From Candidatus Bathyarchaeia archaeon (GTDB taxonomy: Archaea > Thermoproteota > Bathyarchaeia > 40CM-2-53-6), in the NCBI GenBank assembly GCA_049513715.1, contig JBEKVV010000003.1, positions 1-64,000 on the forward strand: DNA of 64,000 nucleotides. Direction: 5' to 3'. The position numbers and the translations under genes are program-made. This document shows positions 17,401-28,382 of the stretch, one piece after another. Each line of letters starts with the position of its first letter. The stretch's first letter is position 1. Below the pieces are notes generated by a model. The model did not search any database. It worked only from the letters and a program-made list of their open reading frames with translations, and had not been told where the DNA came from.

Positions 17401-17521
17401 TGAACTTCACGAGGCTGCGAGGCACACGACCTATTTGAAACTGACTCGACAAGGAGTAGTTGCCCGTAGGCTAGGTTGGCATATTCAAAATAACCCGTTC
17501 ATAGAGGAGAACTAAGGTTGA

Positions 17522-18520
17522 ATGGTGGGACGCTTATTGGCTCCGCTTAGCGAACTCGGTGAACTCGGCGTCATCCGAATCATGGAACGGCTCTTTGGGT
17601 CTAGCTCACGAGTGGCGGTTGGTTTCGGTGACGACGTATCGGCGGTGAAGCTTCCTGCCGGAAAAGTTGCGGTTCTGAAGACGGACATGCTGGTTGGAAG
17701 CACTGATGTTCCGCCAGGAATGACGATGCGACAGGCTGCAATGAAAGCTGTCGTGGCGAATGTGAGCGACTTGGCGGCCAAGGGAGTGAGGCCCCTCGCA
17801 GGGCTCGTGGCTTTGGGCTTGCCCCCTCGGCTAAAAAGAAGCGACATCACAGAGATTGGTGCTGGGCTGCGAGACAGTGCTAGAAAATATGGCTTCCCGA
17901 TTGTTGGCGGGGACACCAACGAATCTCGAGATCTAACGATTGCAATTGCTCTGTTCGCTGTAGCGGACAGACATGAGCTTGTGCTTAGGTCGGGTGCAAA
18001 GGTTGGCGACCTCGTTGCAGTCACCGGAGATTTTGGATCAGCCCCGGCGGGACTCAAGGCTCTGCTTGAAAGAAGAAAACGCCCCAAACAACTGCCCCGG
18101 TCGCTGTATGACGCAGTCTTCAATCCAATAGCCGAGTTGGAGACAGGAGTGAGATTAGCCGTTTCGGGAACAATTAGCGCTTCAATAGATTCCAGCGACG
18201 GGTTAGCGTGGAGCCTCCACCAACTTTCAGAGGCCAGCAAGGTGGGAATGGAGATCTATGACGTTCCAGTCAGCAGGGCAGCAGCAGAATTTGCTGATCG
18301 GTTCGGCTACGATGGAAATGATTTGGCGCTCTACGGAGGCGAAGAATACCACCTGGTTGTCACAGTCAAGCGTGGAAAGTTCATGGCTGCACGAAGAGCT
18401 GCGCGAGGAAACTTGAAACTGATCGGTGTCACCACGAGCAAATCACGTGGAGTCCGTTTGAAACAGATTGGTCGAGAACGCGGAATAGAACGCAGGGGCT
18501 GGGAGCACTTCAAACGATAA
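17522..18520 (+). CDS. thiL: Thiamine-monophosphate kinase
   Basis: GDD, NVSDLAAKG, GGDT, DSSDGL, GGEEY. Confidence 0.93.
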   Translation: MVGRLLAPLSELGELGVIRIMERLFGSSSRVAVGFGDDVSAVKLPAGKVAVLKTDMLVGSTDVPPGMTMRQAAMKAVVANVSDLAAKGVRPLAGLVALGLPPRLKRSDITEIGAGLRDSARKYGFPIVGGDTNESRDLTIAIALFAVADRHELVLRSGAKVGDLVAVTGDFGSAPAGLKALLERRKRPKQLPRSLYDAVFNPIAELETGVRLAVSGTISASIDSSDGLAWSLHQLSEASKVGMEIYDVPVSRAAAEFADRFGYDGNDLALYGGEEYHLVVTVKRGKFMAARRAARGNLKLIGVTTSKSRGVRLKQIGRERGIERRGWEHFKR

Positions 18521-18584
18521 CTGCCATGCGGGAAACTCATAACATAAATCGTAACAACGAGAATTGAACCTCAGTGAGTGTCCT

Positions 18585-19223
18585 ATGAGATTCAATGTGC
18601 CATACTATGCCCAAAGCTCAGACTTCAGCTGTGGGCCCGCCTGCATTCTGATGGTCATGAAGCATTTCGACCCCCGTCTGCGCTTGAGCCGCGCCTTAGA
18701 GTTCGAAGTATGGCGCCAGTGCAACATGATAGGGATAAGGGGAGCTGACCCGTACGGTCTAAGCGTTCCATTGATTGACGCTGGTTATGACGTTCGTCTG
18801 GTGACTCAATGGAGAAAAGTCATTGAGGCCGCTTCGTGGAGCCGAAGGCTGGTTAAGCATCACTTCACCTCCGAGGAGGCAAGATTGGGCTACTTCGGAA
18901 TCGATGAAAACAAGAGGCGAGCGTTAAGCCGCAACTTGCCGGTGGAGCACAAACGGCCAACAGTTCAACAACTCGTGCAGCGCGTCCACAAGGGTTTCGT
19001 TCCCATAGCCTTGGTGCACATGGGAGTGGTACACCGACTGAATATCCCTCACTGGGTAGTCGTGACCGATGCGGATGAGGATAAGGTGGTTTTCAACGAC
19101 CCGTATCCTCCCAAGGGACGGAAAGGGCTCAGGCTAAACCATGAGAAGTTTCAGAGGATACTCGACGACATTGGAACGAGAATTGGAATGAGCCCGTCCA
19201 TTGTCTTCGTTCGAAAAAGCTAG
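18585..19223 (+). CDS. Peptidase C39-like protein
   Basis: VPYYAQ...SCGPAC, PHWVVV, NDP. Confidence 0.85.
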   Translation: MRFNVPYYAQSSDFSCGPACILMVMKHFDPRLRLSRALEFEVWRQCNMIGIRGADPYGLSVPLIDAGYDVRLVTQWRKVIEAASWSRRLVKHHFTSEEARLGYFGIDENKRRALSRNLPVEHKRPTVQQLVQRVHKGFVPIALVHMGVVHRLNIPHWVVVTDADEDKVVFNDPYPPKGRKGLRLNHEKFQRILDDIGTRIGMSPSIVFVRKS

Positions 19224-19325
19224 GGCGATGTGTTCCTGCAATTACTCTACATGTAATCACTACTGAAAACCAGCAGTGCCCCTAAAAACCTCCAAAACGC
19301 CTGCGGACTCGCAGATGATTACTGC

Positions 19326-21035
19326 TTGGATTTGACAATTCGTTTGGCTGGGGAATCCGGCGACGGCGTCATCCTCGCCGGCGAGGTATTGGCATATACC
19401 TTCTCAAGGTCTGGGTTCAAAATCTTCACATTCCGAACCTATCCCTCATCAGTCCGCGGCGGGCCCTGCATGTTTCAACTTCGCGCCAGCGACTGGCACG
19501 CCTACTCCCAAGGCGACCTGCTCGACCTCCTTGTAGCGTTTGATACGGAAGCCGTCTCATCCCACACGAAGGACCTCAAGCCCGAAGGCGAAATGATCTT
19601 CGACGAAGACCGGACCCCGAAGACTTACTCATCACTGCCGAAGCATTCCTTTGGCGCACCTTTCACGTCGATCGCAAAGAACCAACTCCGTTTCGCCAAA
19701 GGCAGAAACATGGCCATAGCCGGATACGTAGCCGCCCACGTCGGACTCTCAAAGACGGTGTTGGAGGAAGTCATCTCAGAAAAGCTAGGGGGCCGGGGCG
19801 ATGAACTTCTTCAGAAAAACCTGGCTGCCATCAATTCGGGCTACGAACTTGCGCCCAGAGAAAAGAAGCCTCTGGAAACGCCAAAGACGCCCGGCCACAA
19901 AATGGTCATCTCTGGCAACCAAGCAATAGTTCTTGGGGCAATAGCGGCAGGCTGCCGCTTCTACGCAGGCTATCCGATTACACCCGCAGGCGACATCCTA
20001 GAAGGAATGGCTACCCTGCTACCAACCTTCGGGGGGACATTCTTCCAAGGCGAGGACGAGATCGCTTCACTCGGCGCAGCGATAGGTGCCTCATACGGCG
20101 GAACCAAATCGATGACCGCGACATCCGGGCCGGGCTTCTCGCTGATGACTGAGATGATAGGAATGGCGTCGATGGCCGAGATACCGATAGTAATCGTTGA
20201 CGCCCAAAGAGGTGGACCGTCTACCGGCCTGCCCACAAAGACGGAGCAGTCGGACCTGAACCATGCTCTGTACGCAGGGCACGGGGACGCACCTCGCATA
20301 GTGATAGCCCCAGGAAACGTGGAGGATTGCTTCTACCAAACCGTAAGAGCATTCAACCTAGCAGAGCGATATCAACTCCCAGTCCTACTCCTAACAGACC
20401 AATCACTAGCCCAGCTTACCGAGGGCATGCCCTTACCTGAGTTGGATGCGTTGGAAGTCTTGGCAAGGGAAAAGGCCGAGATTACATCTGAGGACGGGTT
20501 CCGACGGTACGCGGTAACCTACGACGGCATATCACCAATGTCGTTGCCAGGCCAGGCTCACGGTGAATATGTTGCGGAAAGTGTGGAGCATGATCAGCTC
20601 GGACGCCCCAATTTCACCCCGCATACTCATTCTGAAATGTCAGCCAAGCGCTTCCGAAAGCTTGAGACGGCTGCGAAAGAACTTGCCAACGACCCCCTGA
20701 ACGTCATGGAGCTTCCGGACCCGAAGGCGCAGCTCGGCGTCATAGGTTGGGGCTCAACCCAAGGCGCTATTCACGAGGCAATTCTGAAAGCGCAGGAAAA
20801 CTCGATTCACATTCGCTGGCTACAGTGCAAGTTGCTCAGCCCACTTCCCGAGACACAAATCGCCAAGTTCCTAGCCGGCCTCAAGAAAATAGTCGTTCCC
20901 GAGTTGAATTACACTTCTCAATTCGCCAATTATCTGCGTACACGTTTTGAGATTGACTCAGTTCCCCTAACCAAGACGGAGGGGCTTCCATTCACGCCTA
21001 GTGAGATCTTGAGGAAGATTCAGGAGGTAGCATAA
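19326..21035 (+). CDS. korA: 2-oxoacid:ferredoxin oxidoreductase alpha subunit (gamma-alpha fusion)
   Basis: YPITP, EDEIA, TSGPG, QRGGPSTGLPT. Confidence 0.93.
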   Translation: MDLTIRLAGESGDGVILAGEVLAYTFSRSGFKIFTFRTYPSSVRGGPCMFQLRASDWHAYSQGDLLDLLVAFDTEAVSSHTKDLKPEGEMIFDEDRTPKTYSSLPKHSFGAPFTSIAKNQLRFAKGRNMAIAGYVAAHVGLSKTVLEEVISEKLGGRGDELLQKNLAAINSGYELAPREKKPLETPKTPGHKMVISGNQAIVLGAIAAGCRFYAGYPITPAGDILEGMATLLPTFGGTFFQGEDEIASLGAAIGASYGGTKSMTATSGPGFSLMTEMIGMASMAEIPIVIVDAQRGGPSTGLPTKTEQSDLNHALYAGHGDAPRIVIAPGNVEDCFYQTVRAFNLAERYQLPVLLLTDQSLAQLTEGMPLPELDALEVLAREKAEITSEDGFRRYAVTYDGISPMSLPGQAHGEYVAESVEHDQLGRPNFTPHTHSEMSAKRFRKLETAAKELANDPLNVMELPDPKAQLGVIGWGSTQGAIHEAILKAQENSIHIRWLQCKLLSPLPETQIAKFLAGLKKIVVPELNYTSQFANYLRTRFEIDSVPLTKTEGLPFTPSEILRKIQEVA

Positions 21036-21037
21036 GA

Positions 21038-21865
21038 ATGGAAGCAACTGTGATAGGTGAGTATCGAACCGGTTACAACCCGAACTGGTGCCCTGGCTGT
21101 GGGGATTTTGGAGTTCTTCGATCGATAGGTATGGCGTTCCAAGAACTCGGCCTCAGGCACGAGGATATCGTCATGGTCTCTGGAATTGGGTGCAACGGTC
21201 GCTTCCCCCACAACTTCAAGACCTATGGATTCCACACACTTCACGGAAGAGTCCTGCCAATCGCCCAAGGGATTAGCATCACCCGGCCGGAACTCTGCGT
21301 GGTCGGTATCGCGGGCGACGGCGACGCGTTCGCAATTGGGGGAGGACACGTTCCACACGCTGCGAGGAGAAACCCCGACATAGCATACATAGTGATCGAT
21401 AACGCGATCTACGGGCAGACGAAAGGCCAACCGTCACCCACAACGCCTCTCGGGTTCAAGACGAAGATTACACCCACAGGCAACCGAGAAGACCCCCTCG
21501 ATATCAGCCAGTTGGCTCTTGCATACGGCGTGTCGTTTCTGGCGAGAGGTTTTCCAGGTAAGCCAGATCACTTGGCGCGGTTGCTTGCGGAGGGAATTAG
21601 GCACAAGGGTTTCGCTTTGATCCATGTCCTGAACCCGTGCCCCACATTCCACGACACATGGAAGGAATACATGCCCAAAGTTGTCGAAATAGGGCCGGAA
21701 CATGACCCGACCAACTACGAAGCCGCCAAGAAGCTGGTCGCGCCGCAGGAAAAGATCCCAATAGGCGTCATATTCAAACAGAACCGTCCAACCCTGGAAG
21801 AACGCGTCAAAGGCACACCCGTCCCGCAAGAGGACTTCAGGCAGTTCCTGAAAACGCTCCGCTAA
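21038..21865 (+). CDS. korB: 2-oxoacid:ferredoxin oxidoreductase beta subunit
   Basis: WCPGCGD, GDGD, YGQTKGQ.SPT. Confidence 0.93.
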   Translation: MEATVIGEYRTGYNPNWCPGCGDFGVLRSIGMAFQELGLRHEDIVMVSGIGCNGRFPHNFKTYGFHTLHGRVLPIAQGISITRPELCVVGIAGDGDAFAIGGGHVPHAARRNPDIAYIVIDNAIYGQTKGQPSPTTPLGFKTKITPTGNREDPLDISQLALAYGVSFLARGFPGKPDHLARLLAEGIRHKGFALIHVLNPCPTFHDTWKEYMPKVVEIGPEHDPTNYEAAKKLVAPQEKIPIGVIFKQNRPTLEERVKGTPVPQEDFRQFLKTLR

Positions 21866-22090
21866 AACCCCCCATCCCCAGCCTCCATGGCTGAATCAGG
21901 AAAACCGCAATCAATCAGTTTCCGTTAGCCATTCTCCTGTAAAATTTCACACTTCCACAAGCGACCTCATGACGGCATTTGCCGCGAATCAGTCAAAATC
22001 CATCACCGTGGTTGCTGTAAGGCATGGCGTTGAAGAGTTGCAATCAACCCTTATCGGGCGCCGTCGGCCGAGCTTTCAATGTGTTCGAAG

Positions 22091-22279
22091 ATGGTTAACG
22101 AACTGGTCAAGAAAGGCCTGGCCGTGTACCAATGCGAGCTGTGCGGTTTTGGTTACGGCGACATTGAAACTGCTGAGCGATGCGAGGAATACTGTGACAC
22201 GCACGGAACCTTCTCGCTTGACATAACGCGTAAGGCCATCTACAAGCCTCAAGTCCGGGTCATGTCTTCTGCGACCTAA
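22091..22279 (+). CDS. Small Zn-finger protein
   Basis: YQCELCGFGY...AERCEEYCDTH. Confidence 0.75.
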   Translation: MVNELVKKGLAVYQCELCGFGYGDIETAERCEEYCDTHGTFSLDITRKAIYKPQVRVMSSAT

Positions 22280-22293
22280 GGACTGCAGTCAGA

Positions 22294-22491
22294 TTATCTG
22301 AGTCCAATATCGCAGTGAAAACAGGGCGTGTATTCTGATGCCCCACAACGCGAACAGCGAGCGCACACTTTGTTCCAGTGACTGTAGCAGTTAATGCAAC
22401 GGAAATCTTGAGTTTCACCACGGAAACTCAATAGAATCGAGCTTGGAGTCTCAGGCGTAGCAGTAGCCAGCTCGTTTTGGCTATAGCCCAC
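22294..22491 (-). CDS. Small Cys-rich Zn-finger protein
   Basis: CINC, CSRC, CFHC; GGAGGTGA SD upstream. Confidence 0.6.
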   Translation of the reverse strand: MGYSQNELATATPETPSSILLSFRGETQDFRCINCYSHWNKVCARCSRCGASEYTPCFHCDIGLR

Positions 22492-22623
22492 GAGAACTCA
22501 CCTCCTTTGATGCCGATTTTACTTTGTGAGCCTTCATGTATGATGGTGTGAAGGTGCGCTCTAAACTTTTCGCCGCATTCAACCGCTTCATAAAGCAGGA
22601 GACACACAGCTTCAACGAGAAAT

Positions 22624-23475
22624 ATGCCGCTGGTTTATGTTTGCATTATGCCGCATGGCGGAGAAGTGATTGCAGACTTAGCCACCAAGTACACTGTCAG
22701 AAAATTCTCAAAAACTCGTGAGGGTATGCGTGAAGTAGCCCGACAGGTCGCCAGAAGCAGGCCAGACACCGTAATCATTGCAAGCCCACATAACCTTAGA
22801 CTGTGGGGCAGAATCGGCATTGTCACTGCTGCCAATTCGACTGGTCGCCTCCAAGCATCTCCTCGCAACCCTAAATCAGTCACCGTGAAGGCCAAATGCG
22901 ATGTCGAGCTCGCCAAGCAACTTCTCGAGAGAGCCCAAAGAAGGAATTTGCCTGTGGTTGGCGCCAATTATGGATCTAGCGAAGGCACGGCATCGGACTT
23001 GCCGATGGACTGGGGCACAATCATCCCTCTCTGGTTCATTTTCAAGGCATGCAAACGCAAACCAAGAATCGTCATAGTCACCCCATCCCGGGAAATCCCC
23101 CTCAAAGAGAACCATGCGCTGGGCCGCGTGATCGCCGACGTTGCGACGAAGAATCGGTCAAAGCGCATCGTGTTCGTTGCGAGCTCGGACCAAGCACATG
23201 CACACAGGAAATCAAGTTCTTTCGGTTTCAACAGGGCAGCGAGGGTCTACGATAACATCGTCCTCGACGCGATCAAGAACAACGACATTCAATCCATACT
23301 GAAGATTAGACCGAGCGTCATTGATGGCGCAAAGCCGGATAGCTTGTGGCAGATGGCCATTCTTGCTGGAATTGCGAGCAAAATCCCGCTACGTTCCCAT
23401 GTTTACTCATACCAAGTCCCAACTTACTATGGCATGATTTGCGCTGGGTTCCAGAGGGGAAGCCGAGATAGTTGA
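22624..23475 (+). CDS. Class III extradiol dioxygenase subunit B / MEMO-like protein
   Basis: MPHG, ASPH, DWGTIIPL, ASSDQAH, YYG. Confidence 0.8.
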   Translation: MPLVYVCIMPHGGEVIADLATKYTVRKFSKTREGMREVARQVARSRPDTVIIASPHNLRLWGRIGIVTAANSTGRLQASPRNPKSVTVKAKCDVELAKQLLERAQRRNLPVVGANYGSSEGTASDLPMDWGTIIPLWFIFKACKRKPRIVIVTPSREIPLKENHALGRVIADVATKNRSKRIVFVASSDQAHAHRKSSSFGFNRAARVYDNIVLDAIKNNDIQSILKIRPSVIDGAKPDSLWQMAILAGIASKIPLRSHVYSYQVPTYYGMICAGFQRGSRDS

Positions 23476-23478
23476 AGT

Positions 23479-24744
23479 TCATTGCTTCTGCCTGAGGTCG
23501 AAGACGCGCTGGGCTTTGCCCACCTCTGAACGTGGAAGGGTGCCCAGTGCAACCAGCTCCACGTCAGCGCTTATTCCAAGAACGGCCAGCAGGTCGCCCT
23601 GAACCTTCTTCAACAGAGCAGGGTCGTTCACCTTGTCCGCTGACGTTTCAACTTTCACTGCCAACCGGTCAAGCTCCTTGTGGGAAACGATGATCTGGTA
23701 TTGGTCGCCGAGGTCGGGGATGTTCATGAGAACGTGTTCAATTTGACTCGGAAAGACATTGACTCCGCCGATGATGAGCATGTCGTCGCTTCGACCCTTG
23801 ATCCGTTGGATCCGAGGGTGATACCGACCGCAAGCACACTCTTCCTCAAAGACCCTAGACAAATCCCTCGACCTGTATCTGAGCAGAGGCATGGCCTCGC
23901 GTGAGAGCATGGTGAAAACAAGCTCGCCCTCCTCACCGGGTTCTAGCACCTCGCCCGTGTCTGGGTTCACCGTTTCGACGAGGAACTCGTCGCCCCAAAC
24001 ATGCAAACCGTTCTTCTGCCCACACTCAATCGCCACTCCTGGGCCGTACAGCTCTGACATCCCGTAGATATCGTAGGCTCGCAGGCCGAACACATCCTCT
24101 ATCTTCCTTCGTGCCTCCTCGCTCCAAGGCTCCGCTCCGAAAATTCCCACTTTAAGGTTGAAGTCCCTCTTCGGGTCGTATCCGCCGGCGCGGCTTGCCT
24201 CGCACAAGTAAACCATGTATGACGGCGTGCCGGTGACCACTCTGGTTCGGAGGTCTTTCATTAGCAGGAATTGCCGTTTCGTGTTTCCAGAACTCGTTGG
24301 AACAATGGTTGCGCCTATCGCTCTTGCACCATAATGAAAACCTAACCCCCCTGTGAACAAGCCGTAACCAAACATGTTCTGAACGACATCGCCCTTCCTC
24401 ACGCCAGCCACATCGTATGTCCTTCCCATCAGCCTTGCCCAACGCTCCAAGTCTCCACGCGTGTATGCAACTACGATTGGCTTCCCCGTTGTTCCTGAGG
24501 ACGCGTGAAGGCAGTAGAGGCGATCCGCTGGAACAGCGAGCATTCCGAGTGGATAGTTGTTAATTAGGTCTGATTTTGCGGTGAGTGGAATCTTTGCGAC
24601 GTCCTCGAGTTTTCTGATGGATTCAGGTTTCAATCCAACTTGGTCGAAACGCTTACGATAAAATGGAACATTTTGGTAGGCATAGCGCACGATCTTGCGA
24701 ATCTTCTTCTCCTGAATCAGCCTGAGCTGTTTCAGTTTCAGCAT
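23479..24744 (-). CDS. paaK: Phenylacetate-CoA ligase family
   Basis: HASSGTTGKP, GYGLFTGG, DIYGMSE, GRSDDML. Confidence 0.92.
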   Translation of the reverse strand: MLKLKQLRLIQEKKIRKIVRYAYQNVPFYRKRFDQVGLKPESIRKLEDVAKIPLTAKSDLINNYPLGMLAVPADRLYCLHASSGTTGKPIVVAYTRGDLERWARLMGRTYDVAGVRKGDVVQNMFGYGLFTGGLGFHYGARAIGATIVPTSSGNTKRQFLLMKDLRTRVVTGTPSYMVYLCEASRAGGYDPKRDFNLKVGIFGAEPWSEEARRKIEDVFGLRAYDIYGMSELYGPGVAIECGQKNGLHVWGDEFLVETVNPDTGEVLEPGEEGELVFTMLSREAMPLLRYRSRDLSRVFEEECACGRYHPRIQRIKGRSDDMLIIGGVNVFPSQIEHVLMNIPDLGDQYQIIVSHKELDRLAVKVETSADKVNDPALLKKVQGDLLAVLGISADVELVALGTLPRSEVGKAQRVFDLRQKQ

Positions 24745-24906
24745 TTGCGCTGAACGGTCAAACAGACAGTGTCACTTCAACAATGATGAGTCGGATTGTG
24801 GATAAATGACTTGGCACATGTGTACCCCAATCTTGGAAAACAGCCGGAACGCCTTTTGTTATTCATTCCAGTTGGCTCGCGACAATAATCGTCCAATAAG
24901 AGGAAC

Positions 24907-25962
24907 TTGAAAGTGCTAGAGAAACCACGTCAGTTCGGAAATCTGATGACTCAGGTCATTCGCACGGATGCTTGCAGTTTCTGTGGGGCATGTATAGCTT
25001 CATGTCCACTTAACGTCCTATGGCCTGCAAATGAGAAGCCCACGATGATTGGCACTTGTATAATGTGCGAGATTTGCTACTACCAGTGCCCGAACATTGA
25101 GTTCTCGAAGGACGATGTGGAATCGTTCATGTACGGCCGCATTAGGCGTGCTGACGAGCCGATTGGAATCACGCAGGGAGTTTTCACAGGGCGAGCAATA
25201 AGAACGGACATTCAGGGTAAGGCTCAGGACGGAGGCGTAGTGACGGCCTTGCTTGCATACGCTTTGGATAAGAAGTTGATCGACGCCGCAGTGGTAGCAG
25301 GAAGAGATTCCAAGTGGATCGCAAAACCGGTCGTGGTTACGAAATCCGCTGACCTTGTGAAATACGCTGGCACGAAATATACGCCAAGCCCCACATTGAT
25401 TGGTGTTAGGTCAGCGATTGATGAGTATGCTAAGTCCAAGGTGGGAATGGTTGGGACCCCATGCCAGATCAGGGCTGCCCGAAGAATCCAGACCTCCCCA
25501 ATGGGTAACAGGCGTCTGGCACAGGCGATGAGCCTGACAATTGGGTTGTTCTGCATGGAAAGCTACGGCTACGATAGGCTAGTTGCTTATTTGGCTGCCA
25601 AAGGCATCGACCCCTCCACCATCACCAAGGTAGACATTAAGAAGGGTTCATTCATCGCCTGGAGTGAGGACAAAGAGCTCCTGCACGTTCCACTCAAGGA
25701 GATCGACGAGTACGTCCGCACAAGCTGCAAAGAATGCGACGATTTCACAGCCGAGTTCGCTGACATATCAGTCGGCGCAATCGGAAGCGCTGACGGAAAC
25801 TCCACAATCATTGCCCGCACTGAGAAGGGCTTGCAACTCCTCAAGGACGCAGCGAAGGAAGGGTACCTGGAACTTCGTGAACTAAAGCCAGACGGAAAGA
25901 CCATCCAAAAAGTTCTGAGCATGGCTCAGATCAAACGTGTAAAGAACGCAGTAAAAAGCTAA
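24907..25962 (+). CDS. F420 hydrogenase/dehydrogenase beta subunit (FrhB-like) with N-terminal 2x[4Fe-4S]
   Basis: Two CxxCxxCxxxCP motifs, QDGGVVT, GTPCQ, IGLFC, ADISVG. Confidence 0.9.
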   Translation: MKVLEKPRQFGNLMTQVIRTDACSFCGACIASCPLNVLWPANEKPTMIGTCIMCEICYYQCPNIEFSKDDVESFMYGRIRRADEPIGITQGVFTGRAIRTDIQGKAQDGGVVTALLAYALDKKLIDAAVVAGRDSKWIAKPVVVTKSADLVKYAGTKYTPSPTLIGVRSAIDEYAKSKVGMVGTPCQIRAARRIQTSPMGNRRLAQAMSLTIGLFCMESYGYDRLVAYLAAKGIDPSTITKVDIKKGSFIAWSEDKELLHVPLKEIDEYVRTSCKECDDFTAEFADISVGAIGSADGNSTIIARTEKGLQLLKDAAKEGYLELRELKPDGKTIQKVLSMAQIKRVKNAVKS

Positions 25963-26027
25963 AGCCACAGAACCGTACTACTGAGCTCCATCCTGCAGCT
26001 GAACTACCGCTGCAATGGCGAACCTAC

Positions 26028-26921
26028 ATGATTACTCAAGAGATTCTGTCAGAGGTAGCGGTTGAGGGCGCGAAGGATGAGCTTACGGATTATTTGGTGT
26101 ACAAGAAGCTCTCAACGCTGAAGATTGAGCGGAATGTCAAGCTCAAGAAAACGCTCGCGCGATTATCGGGCATGGAACGAAGGCATTACGTATTCTGGAA
26201 GGAATATTGCGACGGAAAAGAGGTTAAGGTCAGTAGTTTCCATGTTTACGCGGTTATTCTGATGCGGTTCTTCCTCGGCGTCACATTCGCCGTCAGATAC
26301 CTCGAGAGAGGAGAGGAACGAGTAATCAGAAGGTACAAGGAAGTTGCACACCTAATCCCCGCTAAAGGGAAGAAAGAGTTCAACCGGATGTTGGCGGATG
26401 AAGTAGAGCATGAGATGGATTTTGCCAAACAATTCGAAAGCCCCCACATCAGGTACATTTCCTTCATAGTACTCGGCCTAGCAGATGCTTTGGTCGAGAT
26501 TGCAGGTATTCACGCGGGATCATTGGGAATCTACAATTCTACTGAACTGGCGGGATTGGCGGGCATAGTTGCTGGCGCCGCCGCATCAATTGCCATGGCC
26601 TCAGCCGCATACGCCCAAGCCAAAACGGGCTTCAAAGGGTCCGCGGCACTTTCAGCAGCCTACACAGGAATTTCGTACTTCTGCACGGCCGTGATACTAG
26701 CGACCCCATATTTCCTCACAAAAGTGATGTTGAACGCCCTGTTCGCGTCCCTCGTCTTCGCGATCATATTGATTGGTTGCATCAGCTTCTACGGCTCCGT
26801 TATCGCGGACACGGTCTTCAAGAAGGATTTCATTGAGATCACTAGCATAATGCTCGCCGCGACCCTTGCACTCTATTTGCTGGGAACAGCGATACGGTAC
26901 TTCACCGGCGTGACGATCTAG
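26028..26921 (+). CDS. Rubrerythrin-VIT1/CCC1 fusion transporter
   Basis: ExxH pairs (ERRH, EVEH), LGLADALVE. Confidence 0.85.
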   Translation: MITQEILSEVAVEGAKDELTDYLVYKKLSTLKIERNVKLKKTLARLSGMERRHYVFWKEYCDGKEVKVSSFHVYAVILMRFFLGVTFAVRYLERGEERVIRRYKEVAHLIPAKGKKEFNRMLADEVEHEMDFAKQFESPHIRYISFIVLGLADALVEIAGIHAGSLGIYNSTELAGLAGIVAGAAASIAMASAAYAQAKTGFKGSAALSAAYTGISYFCTAVILATPYFLTKVMLNALFASLVFAIILIGCISFYGSVIADTVFKKDFIEITSIMLAATLALYLLGTAIRYFTGVTI

Positions 26922-27023
26922 AGTTATGAAGGGTCTATCCGGCTGATTGCGCCTAGGTGCCGTTGCCACTTAAATCCTTCAACAACCAGAATTCACCAAT
27001 GATACTGGAGATTTGAAGGTTCA

Positions 27024-27899
27024 TTGTCTGAGACCGAATTCAAACTGGACCCTGGAATGAAGATTGGACCCGTTTCTTTGAGAGTCAGGAATCCTAACCT
27101 CATGCTTGAATTTTACGAGAAGGACCTCGGTTTCAAGGTTCTCCGCTCCGAGGGCAACACATACGCCCTTGCGCCGCGCGATGAGACACAGCCAATTCTA
27201 ATTCTGAAGAATGATGCGAAGGCTGAAGTGGCCCCGCGTGATGCAGCGGGATTGTTCCATTTCGCATTACTGGTGCCTGACAGAAGAAGCTTGGCGGACG
27301 TGTACGTTTCTGTTGGGAATGCGGGTGTGATTTTTGATGGGTTTGGCGACCATCTAGTGAGCGAGGCGCTCTACCTTACTGACCCCGAAGGCAACGGGAT
27401 TGAAATCTATTCGGACCGGCCGAGAAGCGAGTGGAAGTTCGACGAAGGCGGCCAAGTGAAAATGGCCACTGAGCCGTTGGATATTGATTCGTTGCTAAAG
27501 GAGCGGCTTGGGGGACTGACCAATGGTCCACCATCAATGCCTGCAGGGACGAGAATAGGCCACGTGCACTTGAAAGTCACAAACCTCGAACGATCGATCG
27601 CATTCTACCAAGGAATGCTGGGCTTAAACCTGATGAGTTTCTGGGGCAGCGCCGCATTCCTTTCCGTCGGCGGCTACCACCACCATGTCGGAATGAACAC
27701 ATGGGAGAGCTTGGACGGAGATCCTATGAGACAGGATTATGCAGGCTTAGAGTACTTCACTATCACAATTCCGGAAGAAAACTTGAGACATTTGTCCTAC
27801 GGATTGGCGGACTCACCCTTCCTTCAGGGCCAAACACCCGACCAATTGTTCATCTCAGACCCGGATGGAATCGAAATCACCATCAAAACCCCCAGCTGA
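27024..27899 (+). CDS. VOC family protein, CatE-like
   Basis: GLFHFALLVP, DHLVSEALYL.DPEGNGIE, GGYHHH. Confidence 0.9.
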   Translation: MSETEFKLDPGMKIGPVSLRVRNPNLMLEFYEKDLGFKVLRSEGNTYALAPRDETQPILILKNDAKAEVAPRDAAGLFHFALLVPDRRSLADVYVSVGNAGVIFDGFGDHLVSEALYLTDPEGNGIEIYSDRPRSEWKFDEGGQVKMATEPLDIDSLLKERLGGLTNGPPSMPAGTRIGHVHLKVTNLERSIAFYQGMLGLNLMSFWGSAAFLSVGGYHHHVGMNTWESLDGDPMRQDYAGLEYFTITIPEENLRHLSYGLADSPFLQGQTPDQLFISDPDGIEITIKTPS

Positions 27900-27928
27900 G
27901 TTGTTAGGAATTATCTGAGAGTTTCGGA

Positions 27929-28300
27929 TCAGTTCTGGACTGTGTAGCAGCTCTCCCGGCATCCGAAGATTCTGTAACGCCTTCGGGCAACCCACTCGTA
28001 TAGACGCCGGGCTTGAGGGGTTTTGAATAGGTTGCAGACAAACGCGAAAGGTGTGAGAAGCCTGCAGACATCAGCAATGGCTTTCGGCCCAGCGTATACG
28101 GCACCATCGCCGACTAGGTACATGCGCCCTTGGAGGTCACTTGAGGTTAGGCCGTACTTGTTCCGGAACCCACGGTTGAGTTGTTGGTAGGCCACGTACT
28201 CGAATCGACGGCACCTGTCCAAACAACTAAGCAGCTTCACCACAGCAGCGCATAGGTTGCAGACCCCATCATAAATGAGACGCGGCCGCGGTTTCGGCAA
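27929..28300 (-). CDS. DCC family thiol-disulfide oxidoreductase
   Basis: YDGVCNLC, YEWVARRRY. Confidence 0.85.
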   Translation of the reverse strand: MPKPRPRLIYDGVCNLCAAVVKLLSCLDRCRRFEYVAYQQLNRGFRNKYGLTSSDLQGRMYLVGDGAVYAGPKAIADVCRLLTPFAFVCNLFKTPQARRLYEWVARRRYRIFGCRESCYTVQN

Positions 28301-28382
28301 AATGGAAGGCTTCCTAGAAGCTGCGAATCTGATTGGGATATGACTTCGCGTCCCTGACCCCTCCGAAGCGTCCGTGCAGAGC

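Noticed and set aside
17512..18240. Long antisense ORFs (this one, 62808-63584, 49113-49727 and similar)
   Set aside because: Shadows of well-supported genes on the opposite strand
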